From: Lophium mytilinum
Lineage: Eukaryota
Assembly: GCA_010093605.1 (NCBI GenBank)
Contig: MU004188.1
Location: 2,061,918 to 2,125,917 of the forward strand
Direction: 5' to 3'
DNA length: 64,000 nucleotides
Positions 24,873-37,712 of this stretch are shown in pieces (position 1 is the stretch's first letter; each line of letters begins with the position of its first letter). Position numbers and translations under genes: made by a program. The notes beneath the pieces were generated by a model that was not told the DNA's origin, did not search any database, and saw nothing but the letters and a program-made list of their open reading frames with translations.

Positions 24873-25874
24873 TCACGCTCTCCCTCTTTCCAGCTCTTCC
24901 ATTCTCTGAAACGCCTCCCTCGCCATCTCCCTCGTCTCCACCGCCACATCCCCCCTCCTACTAACACTCTCAAAATCCCCCTTCCACCTCTCCCACCTCT
25001 CCCCAGAAAACCTCCCCTCCAACTCCACCTCCTCCCTCCACCCCGCCACCCTCCTCTCCCAAACCAACTCCCCCGCCAAAATCATCCACACCGCCGCCGC
25101 TGGCATCTCACAATCTAAATGCCGCCCTTTCCCCACCCCCGTATTACTCATTATCACCTTCGCCTTCTGCCCCAGCGTCCACTTCGGCCCCTTCAGAAAC
25201 CGCACACCAAACTGCACTCCCCATACCCCCGCCGCCGCCAACCTCGCCACAAAACCGCCCACATTCGTCCATGCATGGGTCTGCGGCACGCTGATCTTCT
25301 CTGCGTCGCCCGGGGCATAGATCGCCGGAGCGCCGAACGACTCGATCAGCGACGGGCCGAGCATGTGAAGTTCGCTCCACACGACGCCGGGCTCCCAGAT
25401 CTAGCCGAGTTCGAGGATCTGCGCGGGCGTCAGGCCAGGTGGGGCAGGCGGGTCTGGGTGGGCTTTTAGCGCGGCGACGAGGATGACCAGGGCGGAGTGG
25501 GATACGGTGTCGCGCCAGGAGTTGCGGCGCGCGTGGTGGAGGACTGCGTACCAGAGTTCCCAGGGGAGCATTTCGGCGGAGGCGAGCCAGGCGGGGTCGA
25601 AGGCGTCGAGGGAGGTGCCGGCGGCAGAGGGTTCGGGGAGCGCGGTGCGTGCGGTGGGGATTAGAGGGTGCGTATAGGCGTGGTCTATTGGGGTGGCGAG
25701 AGATGTTACCGTTGCGGCGAGGGCGAGGAAGCCGGTCATGTAGGAGGCTATGATGCTGTAGGCGGGAAAGCAGGGGTCTTGGGGTATGGCGAAGCTGTGG
25801 ATGGAGCGGTCGGCGATGATGGTGTCGATTTGGGATGGTTCGTCGGCGGCGGTGCAGGGGAAGGTTGATGCCAT
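24873..25874 (-). pseudogene. DUF3632-family gene broken by one in-frame stop codon
   Basis: ORFs 25401..25874 and 24873..25382 share a frame and are separated only by TAG at 25401-25403 (ELG*IWEPGVVWSEL). Motifs AWTNVGGFVARL, AAAVWMILAG, RWERWK. Confidence 0.75.
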
Positions 25875-27292
25875 CTTGGTTTGAAAGACCGGGAGCGATG
25901 TTGATGGTTGCAGACGTTGAAGTAATAGGGGAATGGTGGAGGTGAATTAGAGACTTGCTTTTGATTGTGTGTACTTAGCAGAGATATGGAATTGATGGAA
26001 TTGCGTAGTAAAATTAGAACTGCGACTTGAAAGATCAAGTTTGATCTTCGAGGACTGACATTGTATAGAAACGAGATGAGAATCCACAAGTGTGGCTGTG
26101 CTTAATGTACGTGGGTGCTCGCACAGCAACCTTAACAGGGTTTACTCGCTTTATGCTTGGTAAATCTCACCACACAGCCCTTGGAAAAAGGGCGGCATGT
26201 GTGGGGCGCGTAGCCGGGCGGGACAAGATACTGTACGCCATAAAAAGAGCTCCTCGCCCTTCGAAAAGCTTTGGTCGCTTCAAAAAGTCGACTTTCTCTG
26301 CTTTAGTTGGATCCAGGCTCGACAAAACAGCATCGTACCCCCCAAGGATCTCAACAGTGACTACATTTACTGCTATCAACCTGGCAGTAGCTCCCTTGGC
26401 AGTTTCCTGCTTGGTCTTATGGATGCCGAAAAATCTCGGCTCTGCTCTTGGAGCTTATCCACTCATCTTTTCGGCTAGGCTTGCATATCTTCCATATTCT
26501 CTTCGAATTTGGCTCTCGGTGGTGTCCTCTCGGAGGAGAGCTCTCTGATGAAAATCTGGGGAATGGCATTTCTTGACCAAATGATTGACGCGAACGTGTC
26601 TGAGACGTACTTGAAGTTGGGCTTCGCTTCTTTCCTCTTCCCGATTTCCGTCTTGGCGTGGCCCTTTCTGGTGTCGCAAGGGCTCTGTAGCAGAGTGTTC
26701 TCCTGCCCAATTTCTTTGCACTGATGTTCCCGCCCCTATTCCAACGCTCTCGTCCTGCCATTGAACCCATCGGTCTTTTCGTTTGCACTGCTGAACATTG
26801 CATTCGTCTCCTTTAGCTTTCTCATGATCGTTTCAACCTTTTCCTGTGACTTCTAGATCTGGCCTCGCATGCGAGAATCGAGCGGGAAATCGTACCCTGT
26901 CAGTCATCCGGCCGTTGGTCGACATATCATGAGTCCTGGATCTATTAGCCCTCACTTGGTTTAGGTTAAATAGCTCCACCGCCGCATCTTGCTCATCTAG
27001 ATATGCTGAAGCCGCTATGGCAAGGGCTCTGACCTTTCAGCGTTGGACTCGATGCGATCCTACTTCCTCTAAAGTCGGACTCTGGTTCGGGATAGTCGTT
27101 GCTGTGCCTTTGCTTGCTTGCTGTAGCCATCTACTCCATCCGGCTGAAGATGTCGATGAGGTGTGTGCCATTGCGGAACTTCTTGTAGCATCTTCTGCGA
27201 TTCTGTAAAAGCTGCTTTTTGGATGATGGTACTTTGTTGCAGCGGGCGTGGTGGTGATTGAAGTTGGGTAAGTAAGTCAGCAACGGCTCTCC

Positions 27293-30200
27293 CTATAGGC
27301 TTTTGAATGATGCGAGTAACTCTTGCGATACCAGCCGCGAAGGATGGTCGTCTCGGAGGGCGCGCGCTTTAACTGCAACCACGTACTCAAGCAGCTCTAC
27401 CGCCTTCTTTACTTGTCCATCCGCCTTATATGCTCTTGCAAGGTCATGTTGTGATGCTAGTCGGCTTCGATGATTCTCTGCTAGCGCCTTTCGTAGCGTA
27501 ACTATGTGTTCCAGCAGCTCTAGGGCCTTCTTTACTTGTCCATCTGCGATGTATGCATTTGCAAGCGCGTGTTGTGAAGTTAGCCGGTCCGGGTGGTCCT
27601 CCGTTAGCACTTCATGTGCTGCGACTACGTGCTCTAGCAGCTCTACCGCCTTCTTCACCTGTCCATCTGCTTTGTATACTACTGCAAGCTCATGTTGTGA
27701 TGCTAGTCGGCGCGGGTGGTTTTCCGCTAGCGCCTCTTGTACTGTAACTACGTGCTCCAGCAGCTCTACCGCCTCCTTCACCTGTCCATCTGCTTGGTAT
27801 GCTCCTGCGAGCGCGTGCTCCGATGCTAATCGGTCCGGGTGGTCCTCCTCTAACACCTTCTTGCGCACGTTAACTACATGCTCTAGCAGCTTTACCGCCT
27901 TCTCGATTTGTCCATCTGCTTGGTATGCTCCTGCAAGCCCGTGCTGCGATGCTAGTTGGTTTGGGTGCTCCTCCTCTAACACCTTCTTGCGCACGTTAAC
28001 TACATGCTCTAGCAGCTTGACCGCCTTCTTGATTTGTCCATCTGCATAGTATGCTCCTGCAAGCGCGTGTTCAGATGACAGCCGACTCGAGTTATCCTCA
28101 TCAAGATGATTCCTCCCTCGACAAGATTCCTCAAGCCACTTCACTGCCTCTCGGATCCTGCCGTCAGCGTCCAAGCAACGTCCCACCCACCAACACAGTT
28201 CGGACCTCTCCTCGAAATCAGAGTCCTGCAGAATCTCTAGCAGTCGTATCGCATGCGGCATATACGCTCTCCACACTGCTTGATTCTCGTGTCTGTCTGC
28301 CGGGAAGACTTTCGTGACACGTCGGAGTGCTTTGTGTGTAATTATCGCCATAACATTGGCCTGGTTGATCCATATCCTAGTTGCTAGGTGTACAAGTCGG
28401 TGGATATCGTACCACTCCTCCTCACCTTCTTTCTTCTCCCGAGTTTCCTTCTGCCGTCTTGCTAGGAAAGAGTACGCACAGAGCGTGCCAATGGCCTCAT
28501 CCATATGGTCTTGCGGCCGCACGCTCGGCAGGATGGATCGCGGTATTGATTTCCACTCGACGCACGACATGAACTCCAGGAGGGTTGCCGCTGCCGGATC
28601 CTGCGTCCGAATTTGGTTGAAAGACACCACCCAAGTGGTGGCTACCGCATTAGACGTGTTTTGGTTTGGTTTGGTTTCGTGGGACCCGCTGCTTATGAGT
28701 TTGTATCGTGTGATGTCGCGGAATTCTCTGCTCATGAGGCGGACAATGCTCTGCTCCGTGCTCCGGAGCAGCCCCAGGTACTTCGCAATAGACATCGGTT
28801 TCCGGTTGAGATAGGCAGCTGCTTGAGCAATGGCCAGAGGTAGGTATGTCAACTCGTCCAGCAGCTCACTCGTGGCCGCACTGTCGCGGAGGAGGTCCTT
28901 TCTCAACGACGGCTTCAGCGACTTCTCTAAGAAATCGGCGGCGTCTTCTGGGTTCATTGCCTCAAGCTCTATGACGCCGTCTGCATCTGTTAATAACTCG
29001 ACTACATCTGGCGTACGCGTGGTGAACAAAAATAGGCCCTCCTCGCTCCTCGGCAGGTAATCGTATATTCCCTTCGACTGCTTAGTTCCAAAGATGATAC
29101 CTGGATCGTCTGCGTTATCAAGAACTATCAGCCATCGCCCCGCTTGTGCTGCACTCAAACATTCTTTTACTAGCTCTTTCGCATCCTCATTTGGGTCTGT
29201 GGCTCGAGGTATGCGCAGGAGTTTCGCAACTTCCACACACGCCTGCTCAAAGGTCTCCATGCTCAGAGCGGACATCCAGAAGATAGAGCAGTCTGGCCAA
29301 GCTTCTTTTACTTTGTACGCGAATTGTAGCGCAATCTGTGTCTTTCCAGTTCCACCGAGCCCGGCGATAGACATTTTATGGCAGTCCGGATTTTCCATCA
29401 GCTTCTCTTTCAGCACGTCGAGTTCATGTTCTCTTCCAGTAAAGGATGGATTCTTGAAAAACGGAATATAATAGATTGCAGGTTCTATTCTAGCATCAGC
29501 GCTAACATACTAGAGAAAAAGACGACCGATACACTAACTGCTTGCGCTTTCCATGGCCTCTTCTACCGTCGGGACAGCCGTCACCTCTGACGGCATTAAC
29601 ACCGAGAGCAGCTCCTTTGCCCATGCTGCCGCCGTCCCCGCCGCATACGGCTGCCACTTCTTATTCTTGTGCGAGTCGGCATAGTCGCAAATACCGCGGA
29701 TGACGAGGCAGGGGAAGCGGTTCATCAGCCCCGCTGCCTCCATTTCAAAGCAAAGGACGCCGTCGAGCTCAGCGCTGACCCTATCTCTTTCAGCAGCATT
29801 CTTCATAACCAGATTCCCAGATGCAATTGTTCCGTAATGCACCATCACTTCCTCTCCCTTCTCACGCGGCGGCCGACTCTCTTGCTCTTCGGCGCTGCAC
29901 CGGTCACACGTCGGCCCTTTTTCGTGGTCGTATGTTGCTTTGAACAAAATGTCAGGTCCCGTCTTGGTGCGCTGGAACTTGGAAACATTGTCGAACTTGG
30001 CGATGTGCTCGGCGAGCCTGCTTCTACCCCTGTTTTCGTTTGCACGCACTCGCGCAACCGCTCCCAGTAGCTTCGTCGGCGGAAAGGCCAGCGACCCCAT
30101 CCGCTTGAATCCACTTAGCGTGTCCAGTCCTAGGTCGAATTGTACCACCCCGCCGAAAGTACTCTCCGGTTGACTGACCACCACGTCCCCCAGGCGAATA

Positions 30201-30514
30201 TCGGCCTCAGCGCTCGGCACGCCTCCGCCAATTCCCACCATCAGCCCAAACCGGATCCGCTTGAACGTCGCCCTCATCTGCACGGCGACCGCGGCCGCAG
30301 AATTCGTGCCAATCTGACCAGCTGGCAGACATCCAATCACCACATTATGTCCTCCTATCGACCCCAGGGCGTATAGGTTCTCGTCGTTGTCGCCGAGAGC
30401 GAGCCCAAGGCTGGGGTGCTCTTCCTCGAGCATCTCCTGCGCCGCGGCCAGCTCGATCGGGAGGGCGCATATCCATCCGATTGTGTAGTCTTCGCGGCGT
30501 AGCTGGGGAGCCAT
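27293..30514 (-). CDS. Fungal NLR: PNP_UDP_1 effector + NB-ARC + kinesin-light-chain-type TPR repeats (~1055 aa)
   Basis: Exons 30514-29539 and 29484-27293 (intron 29485-29538). PNP motifs [44 protein letters not shown]. Walker A GLGGTGKT, Walker B WLIVLDNAD. About 7 repeats of 41-42 aa (HPxRLASQHxLAxAYxADGQVKKAVELLEHVV). Confidence 0.93.
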
Positions 30515-32324
30515 TTGGAGCGGTTACGAGGGAGGTGGGATAGTTGAGGTGGTGTTTTGGGGGGGCATCGTGTGAAGCGTGCGAAGCGGACCGCCCGGTG
30601 GGATGCGCTGGCGGCGCTTCCACCGACATCTTTGCTGCCGCTCAGCCTCAGCCTCATGGCCGCTGTGGCCTTGGCCTGAGGAGTGGACGTCGAGAGAAGC
30701 GCGCGGCCCGTGCTATTGGTCGTCGGCCCGGCGCGACCGGGCCGGGGATCTGGCACGGGCCCCGAGATAAGCGACTAAATAAGTATATTAATTTCTGGGC
30801 ATAGTGTTAAGTTCCAGCTAAATCTATATAGAATATCGTAATATCCAACATGCGATAGTGTGGTACAGCCCATTTTCCTACATCGACATTGAATAAAGGG
30901 TTTTGCATCTGGGCGGGTAGGCCTTGGTACCTTAGTTCCCCCGGGGGCCCTTGAATCTTACCAATTTGGAGGCACCAGCTTCTAAATTACTGACACGTAG
31001 CTCTGATCAGGTTATTCTTTCTATAAGATGACACGACCACTTGGAAAAAGATGTATCCCTATGATCACGTCTCCCTGCACTTGCCGACCATGTGTCTCGG
31101 CCTTTTGGTATAAGAAGCGGTGGAGGCGTACTGCATCACGAATAGTCTATGAGTGGCGTCGGCGGTATCTCTTATCCTCGACTGAGTAGTTGACCAGTGC
31201 GGATACGAACTGCCCCCAAAACAGATCCTGTGATCGGCGCCGGATCTCATCGCATCGGCACAACGCTCCATAATGCCATTCGGATTTCCGCAGTCGAAAT
31301 TTACGAAGATGAACTTACTACCAGACAGAAAATCCGAAGGGGCCGTCGAAACGAGTTGCTGAAATGGCTTCCGGGAAGCAGAAGATAAATACCGAAATCT
31401 AGACTTTCAAAGCTGAACCTCCGTAACCAGGTCAAGGCACACTCTTGCCCTTGAACTCACGAACACAGCATCGCCGGTGACCTACGAGAGAGTGCTAGGT
31501 AGATAATCCGGAGCCCTCCGAGTAGTGATTTTGCGATGGCCAGAAATAGTTAACATAGTCAGTCGTGAGGATTTAAGCGGATGCCACCTCCCAAGACTGC
31601 ATTTGACTTAAAGCACAGGATACCAATAGGGCACTTCACACTCTCGGGAAACCTCGCTCAAGACTAGACGTGAATAGACGACTGTAATGGCCGAGATTCA
31701 ACTTGCATGAATGACTGGGAACGCAAAATCTTGGCTACTCGATCAACGTATGCAGATGCGGGAGCTCGTATGCTTACGGGACACTCACCGAAAACTCGGA
31801 TTTCCTGCGATCTGATCTGATGCTCGCCTTCTTATTGAAGCACCCAGAGCATACTGAATAAAGACTCTTTTGACGACGCAAAAAAATTACTGAGGCTATC
31901 GTCCGAGCTGGATTAGTTCAAGGAAGGCCGAAAGCGCACGAGGAATACGCCCGTAGCTTTATCAGAGTACTGTATATGGTATCGGACGCTCGTTGCTTAT
32001 GACAGACATTGCTAGGAGGTCATGATCAACTGACGGAAGACGCTAACGGCCGTCGCAAAGCTGCAGCACTCGAGAGCATCGCAAGGCTTCACACTCACTT
32101 CCGCAAAATGAACCTTTCTTCAAAGTATGCTTCTCCTCCTCCTCCTTCGCTTCAGCAAGGGTAGTTGTGGTGACGCAGAAGCCAGTCCCAAAAGCAGCTT
32201 CGTCTGGCTACTAACAATGTATGACCTAGCTCTAGTCTTATAGTGCCTGCTTCTTGCTATCAGGCCCCTGCCAGCAGCCGTGCTCCGCTCTTGTCTTGTT
32301 GGTGTTGAGCCCAACAACTGTATA

Positions 32325-35300
32325 CTATACTGGATCTGGGGAGAGTCGTGCTCCTTTTTTCAGCAGTATCTGCACAACCTTCTCATGCCCTTTTTTTGAA
32401 GCCGCCTGGAGAGCATTGCCGTAGTCATTCACGTTTGCTCCGCTGTCTAGCAGTATCTGGACAACTTTCTCGTGCCCTTCTCCTGAAGCAGCCTGGAGAG
32501 CATTGTTGTAGTCTCCTCCACTTTGGGCATTAACATCTGCTCTACTGTCTAGCAGTATCTGGATAATCCCCTCGTGCCCCCCTGCAGAAGCCGCCTGCAG
32601 AGCAGTACCGAATTCTCCACCTTGGGCATTAATGTCTGCTCCCTTGTCTAGCAATATCTGAACAATCTTCTCGTGCCCAAGTAAAGAAGCAGCCTGTAGA
32701 GCAGTGCCGTAGAGTCTGCTTTGGGCATTAACATCTGCTCTATTATCTAGCAGCATCTGGACAACCTTCTCGTGCCCCTCTTCAGAAGCCGCTTGCAGAG
32801 CAGTGCCGAATTCTCCGCCTTGGGCATTAATGTCTGCTCCCTTGTCTAGCAGTATCTGAACAACCTTCTCGTGCCCGTTTGAAGAAGCAGCCAGGAGAGC
32901 AGTGCCGTAGAATCCGCCTTGGGCATTAACGTCTGCTCTATTATCTAGCAGCATCTGTACAACCTTCTCATGCCCCTCTTCAGAAGCCGCCTGCAGCGCA
33001 TTATTATGGTATTCTCCACTTTGGGCATTAACGTCTGCTCCGCGGTTTAGCAGCATCTTAACAATCTTCTCGTGACCATTATAGCTAGCAGCCTTGAGGG
33101 CAGTAGCGTCGTCCCTGCCCTGCGCATTGACATCTGCTCCCTCGTCTAGCAGTATCTGGACAATCTTTTCATTGCCGTTTTCACTAGCGCCCACAAGAGG
33201 ATTGGCGTGGTGACTTCCCTCGCCGTTGATGTCCAAACCCCGAGCGATCAAGGCCTTGACTTCGTTTGTTAAACCCCCAATTGATGCGTAATATAGTGCA
33301 ACAAGTGGCTTCCTTCTTATTCTGTCCCATTGCGAATTTAATTCGTATGTGCTCACAAAAAACGTCAGAGATCTTTCGTTGTCTAGAAAAAGTTCCATAA
33401 TCAACTTGTGCAAAAGGCCGGCCTCCTCTTCGTTTGCAGCAGCATGGCCCATCCAGTGATTCGCGCAATAGAGAGCGAACGGGAACGCTTTGGTCAGCTC
33501 AGCCGTATAGTCGGACGTAGTGGGGTCGGTGTCCTCAATGAGCTCATGCATCGAAAGCGTTTGATCCATATCCAAAAGATATGCCACACAGACTGTTGCA
33601 ATCGATGACCTGGCCGCAGCTTCTTGGAACGCTTGCGCGAAGTTTCCTTGAACCCGGGTTGACGTAAGATAATCCTTCACTGAGAAATGTGCCAAGCGAA
33701 GCTCTAAATTTTCGCGGTCTTTCTCGTCTTCGTCGTCTTCGTTTTTTCTTCTCGCTTTTGTAGTCACTACAGCGACTAGGCTCGAACAGTATCGCGCGAT
33801 CTCTTGTGGATTAGGCATCCTCCACTTACAATCAAAGTGTGGCTCTGCTTTAGGATGCACTGCTATTGCATCAACGAGCTCCTTAATCCGCAAAGGCCGC
33901 TCGGAGAATGATAAGAATTGTAGAATTCTGATCGCCTTCGGTTTGTGTCTCGGAGGAATAGCTTTCAAGATTCGGGCATAAGTTTCGTCCAAGGTATCCG
34001 GTAGAGATTCGAGAGCGTCCTGAAGGTCGTCGTAATCAAGGCACTCCACCAAAGCATCTACTTGGCATGCAGCCCATCTGAACCTATGCGATATTAGCTT
34101 AGTGGTGAAGTACGAGCGGTAGTGGATTAAGACCAAAATCTCACATTCCATCTGCTTTCTCCATTAGTCTGGTCTCCATGTCGTTCTGGACTTCAGGCCT
34201 CGATCGCCATCGTTTGAGGCCCTTATCCTCTCTAATCCTCGTCCGAACGTACGCGCGGATATCAGCGGTGATAGAGTCGCCACGAAGAGGCATAAGGTTG
34301 TCTTTGTGTACCCATTCACATATTTCCGACTTGATGTCTTCTTCTAGGCGACTCGTTACAATAAGATGGACATTTCCATGTTCGGGGTTACGGAGGCCTG
34401 TTATCCATGAGAGCAATCCCTCTGTTGGATTGCCGCTTCTTGTGCTGCATTCGTCCAGGGCATCCAGGACAATCCACACCTCGTCGACCAGCTGTAGCAT
34501 ATCCAAGAGAGTCTTGCAAAGCTTCTCACACGTTGGCTGATCACGACCGTCACTACAAGCGGCGAATAAGGATTCCAGTTGTGTCCGGGTGTCTTCCCAC
34601 TTGTAGTAAAGCTGACTTATGAAAGAGCGGACCATGTTCCCAAGCGTTTGCTTGTTGGTATCGTTGAAGTCGAAGTAGAAGTAAAGGAGCGATTTAGAGG
34701 ATTTGACTTCCTCTATGTGCCTGATAACAGTAGAGCTGAGGATAGTCTTGCCACATCCAGGAATGCCAAATAGCCATAAAAAGGAATTCCGCTGTGTCTT
34801 CCATTTCGCGAAATTCGAGCTTTCCAAGAGCCAACTGCCTGAACCTTCGTGGCGTTGCTGTAGGGCTTTGTTGTAGTTCGTTGAGGGATCTGGGGCCTGC
34901 AGCCATTGCTCCATCTTGTCCTGCATGCGTTCAAGGCCCATGGAGTTCACAGTATCACGCACTTCATTGACATTTGCGTTCACTTAAACTCGTTAACATA
35001 ACAAATTGCATAGTTCATTGCGCTGACTGACCTGAAGCAAGAATATCGCTGATCTTCCTTTCAGCCTCGACCTTGTTTGGAGGAATCCGACAAAGAATAT
35101 CTTTGGCATACGCAGCCGCCGTCATCGCTGCATAGCCCTGCCACTCGTCGTTCTTATGAGTATCAGAGTAGTCACAGATGCCACGAATAACCAAGCAAGG
35201 AAATTGGTTCATCAACCCTGCGGCTTCCATCTCAAAACACATCACATCCTTTTCCTTCGCAAATTTATCTCGCAATGCAGCATCCTTCATCAGCTGGTTT

Positions 35301-36022
35301 GCTGAAGCAATCAGACCGTAGTGAATCGTGGGATTTTCTTCGTCTCCGGCCCGTTCCTTTCGCGGTACCAATTTGATTGGATCATCACCACATTCTCCGG
35401 CACACGTTGCTTCGTCGTTTCGAGGGTGCAGGACCGTGGTTTGATAGAGCCTGTCACTACTCGGGCTTGGCCGCTGGTACTTCTTCCTTAGTCTTAAGTT
35501 CTTCTGGAGAATGCTATTGATAGCCGCGTCAATTTGATGCCCCTTTCTCTCGTATTGGGCCTTAAGTCCACTCACAGCGGTCCGTAGGAGACCTGGTGAC
35601 TGGTTCAAAAACGCTGTCTCTTGGAAGATCTGATCTTGGATTGTTCTGCCGAAGTCATATTGGAACACGCCGCCATTTCCATCGCTGCGAGCGCTGACAA
35701 CAACGTCGCCTAGTCGGATATCGTGCTTTTGACTAGGCGCGCCGCCCCCAATGCCAACCATCAGACCGATTCGGACGTTGGGAAAGCTGTGCAGCATATC
35801 TCTTGCGACAGTTGCTGCAGATGCCGTGCCGTACTCCCCGTCGGGTAAGACTGCGATGACGACGTTGTGCTTTCCAATTCTACCGAGGGTATAATCATTG
35901 CTATCGTTCGGGGAAACGTATTCCGGTCCTTCGTGCTCTTCGTCGAGAAACTCTTGTGCGGCAACGTACTCCGTGCTTATGGCGCTGATCCAGCCCACGG
36001 TATAGTCGTTAGGGCTCGACAT
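32325..36022 (-). CDS. Fungal NLR: PNP_UDP_1 effector + NACHT + ankyrin repeats
   Basis: Introns 34983-35031 and 34084-34144 give SVNANV... and ADGMFRWAACQ. PNP motifs as in the neighbouring NLR. Walker A GIPGCGKT, Walker [11 protein letters not shown]. About 10 ANK repeats (TALQAASxxGHEKVVQxLLDxGADVNAQ). Confidence 0.93.
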
Positions 36023-37712
36023 GCTCGACTTCGGAGCCTGTAATGCTCAGATATCTAGCACGGCTGAGCATCAGTTGAAGAAATGTATTGTATGCTGTAT
36101 CACAACCAGACACGGGCTCGATGGGGTCTACGGGTCGGATAGTCCAGATTCTAAGGCTGAGGCGGCTAGGATAAAGAGCAGAACCTCAGCCGATCGTAGG
36201 AGCGAGTATATTTCTCGATACTGTTGTCTCAAGCACGCGGAATCAGCTTGCGGGTCGAAGTAATGCCTGTAGGTTGCGGCGCAGAGGGAAGACGTCGAGA
36301 CAGCAGAGAGGAACCTTCAGACGTAAGCGCTGGCTTCTTCTGCCGCGTGGAGCAGAGAAGGCTGGCAGCACCCGCAAGAACATGTTTTGTGCCGCTCAGC
36401 CTCATGGCTGCTGCCGGGCTTTCAGCGCGGGCGGGCTGAGGGGTGGATGTTTGAGGACTAGTGTACAGCGTTTTGACACGTCTGATGAACTAGCGCGAAA
36501 AGCAAGCCACCAAAGGTAGCCACAAAAGCAGGATTATGCAGAAAGTAACGACTCGCTGCAGAATAGGACGGATTAGAACGAATGAAACCTCTTTTCGGAC
36601 TAAACCTTACCAACTTTACCAAATCTGAGCAAAGTATTCTACACGTGGCTTCAAAGCTGAGCTAGTTCATCGGATGTGTCAAGACGCTGTAACATGCTTC
36701 AAACTCTACGGTGCTCCAAACTCCAAAGAAGAACGTGCATGCGACGTGATACGCTCAACTAAAACCAAGCTCTACTCACGTCACATTTACGCTCGAATTC
36801 AAAATCGATTCTTCGCGCCTAATCATCGTCGGGCGAGCCAAGGCTGAAAGCACTGGGGAGACGCCCCAAAATAGCGGGGAAAGGTGCCTTGTATCTCTCG
36901 CAGCCTGTTGGCGCTGGCGGCGGTTCCGATGTGCTGCGGCCGGGCGTGGAGTGACGCTGAACGATGATAGGCGTGTGGCTTCGCAGTACATGCAGGAAGG
37001 CGGGGCAACAGGCTCTGTTGTCAGCTTGCGGCGGAACGGAGACAAGGCTGAGACCGCCACCACTGAAAATAGTGAGGCTGACGATAGGCAAGTATGAGTC
37101 CACCAGAGGCCCGGCGCAAGGACCGATAGGGAGCTGTCCTGATGATGGAGGAAGCAGGGATATGACCACCAAGGTCCATGGAAGCTATTGAATTGTGGTA
37201 GGAAGACTTTACAATGTAAGGCTGAGTTGCGACAGCCCTAGCTCCTAGCAGTGAGACTACTCGGCAAATAGGCGAGGTAGCTATCCCGAGATAGCTTAGC
37301 GCAATCGGCCTCGTTGTTTTCCTTAGAGATCTAGCACGCCTTACAAGTCCCCACATCCTGCAGAATACAGAAAAGAGGCGGCGGAGCAGAGTGGTGAATA
37401 GCGGGCAGTAATAGGCTGAAAAGGGAAGAATTTTGGCTGGAGGCTGAGATGTTGACCGGTGCGGGCCAGCCGCTAGGCTGCAAAAGAATCATAGCGGCAA
37501 AGAGGGGCAGGCAAAAGCCAACATTAGGTACTTTCTCGACAACATCATGCAGTGGGGCGCAATCCGCATTTGACCTTATACGCCTAACCTGTAGTACGTA
37601 CAGGCCGAAGTAGTCAGGCTAAAAAATTTGTCCAGCCAGTCTCACCTTGCGTGTGCTACAAACATCATTTCACGCAGAAGCCACGTCCGGCATTCGGTTC
37701 AGTACAGTTCAG

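Noticed and set aside
26167..26721. Two in-frame minus-strand ORFs separated by one TAA at 26455-26457 (possible pseudogene)
   Set aside because: No recognisable motif, start context or splice structure; an overlapping + strand ORF is similarly long.
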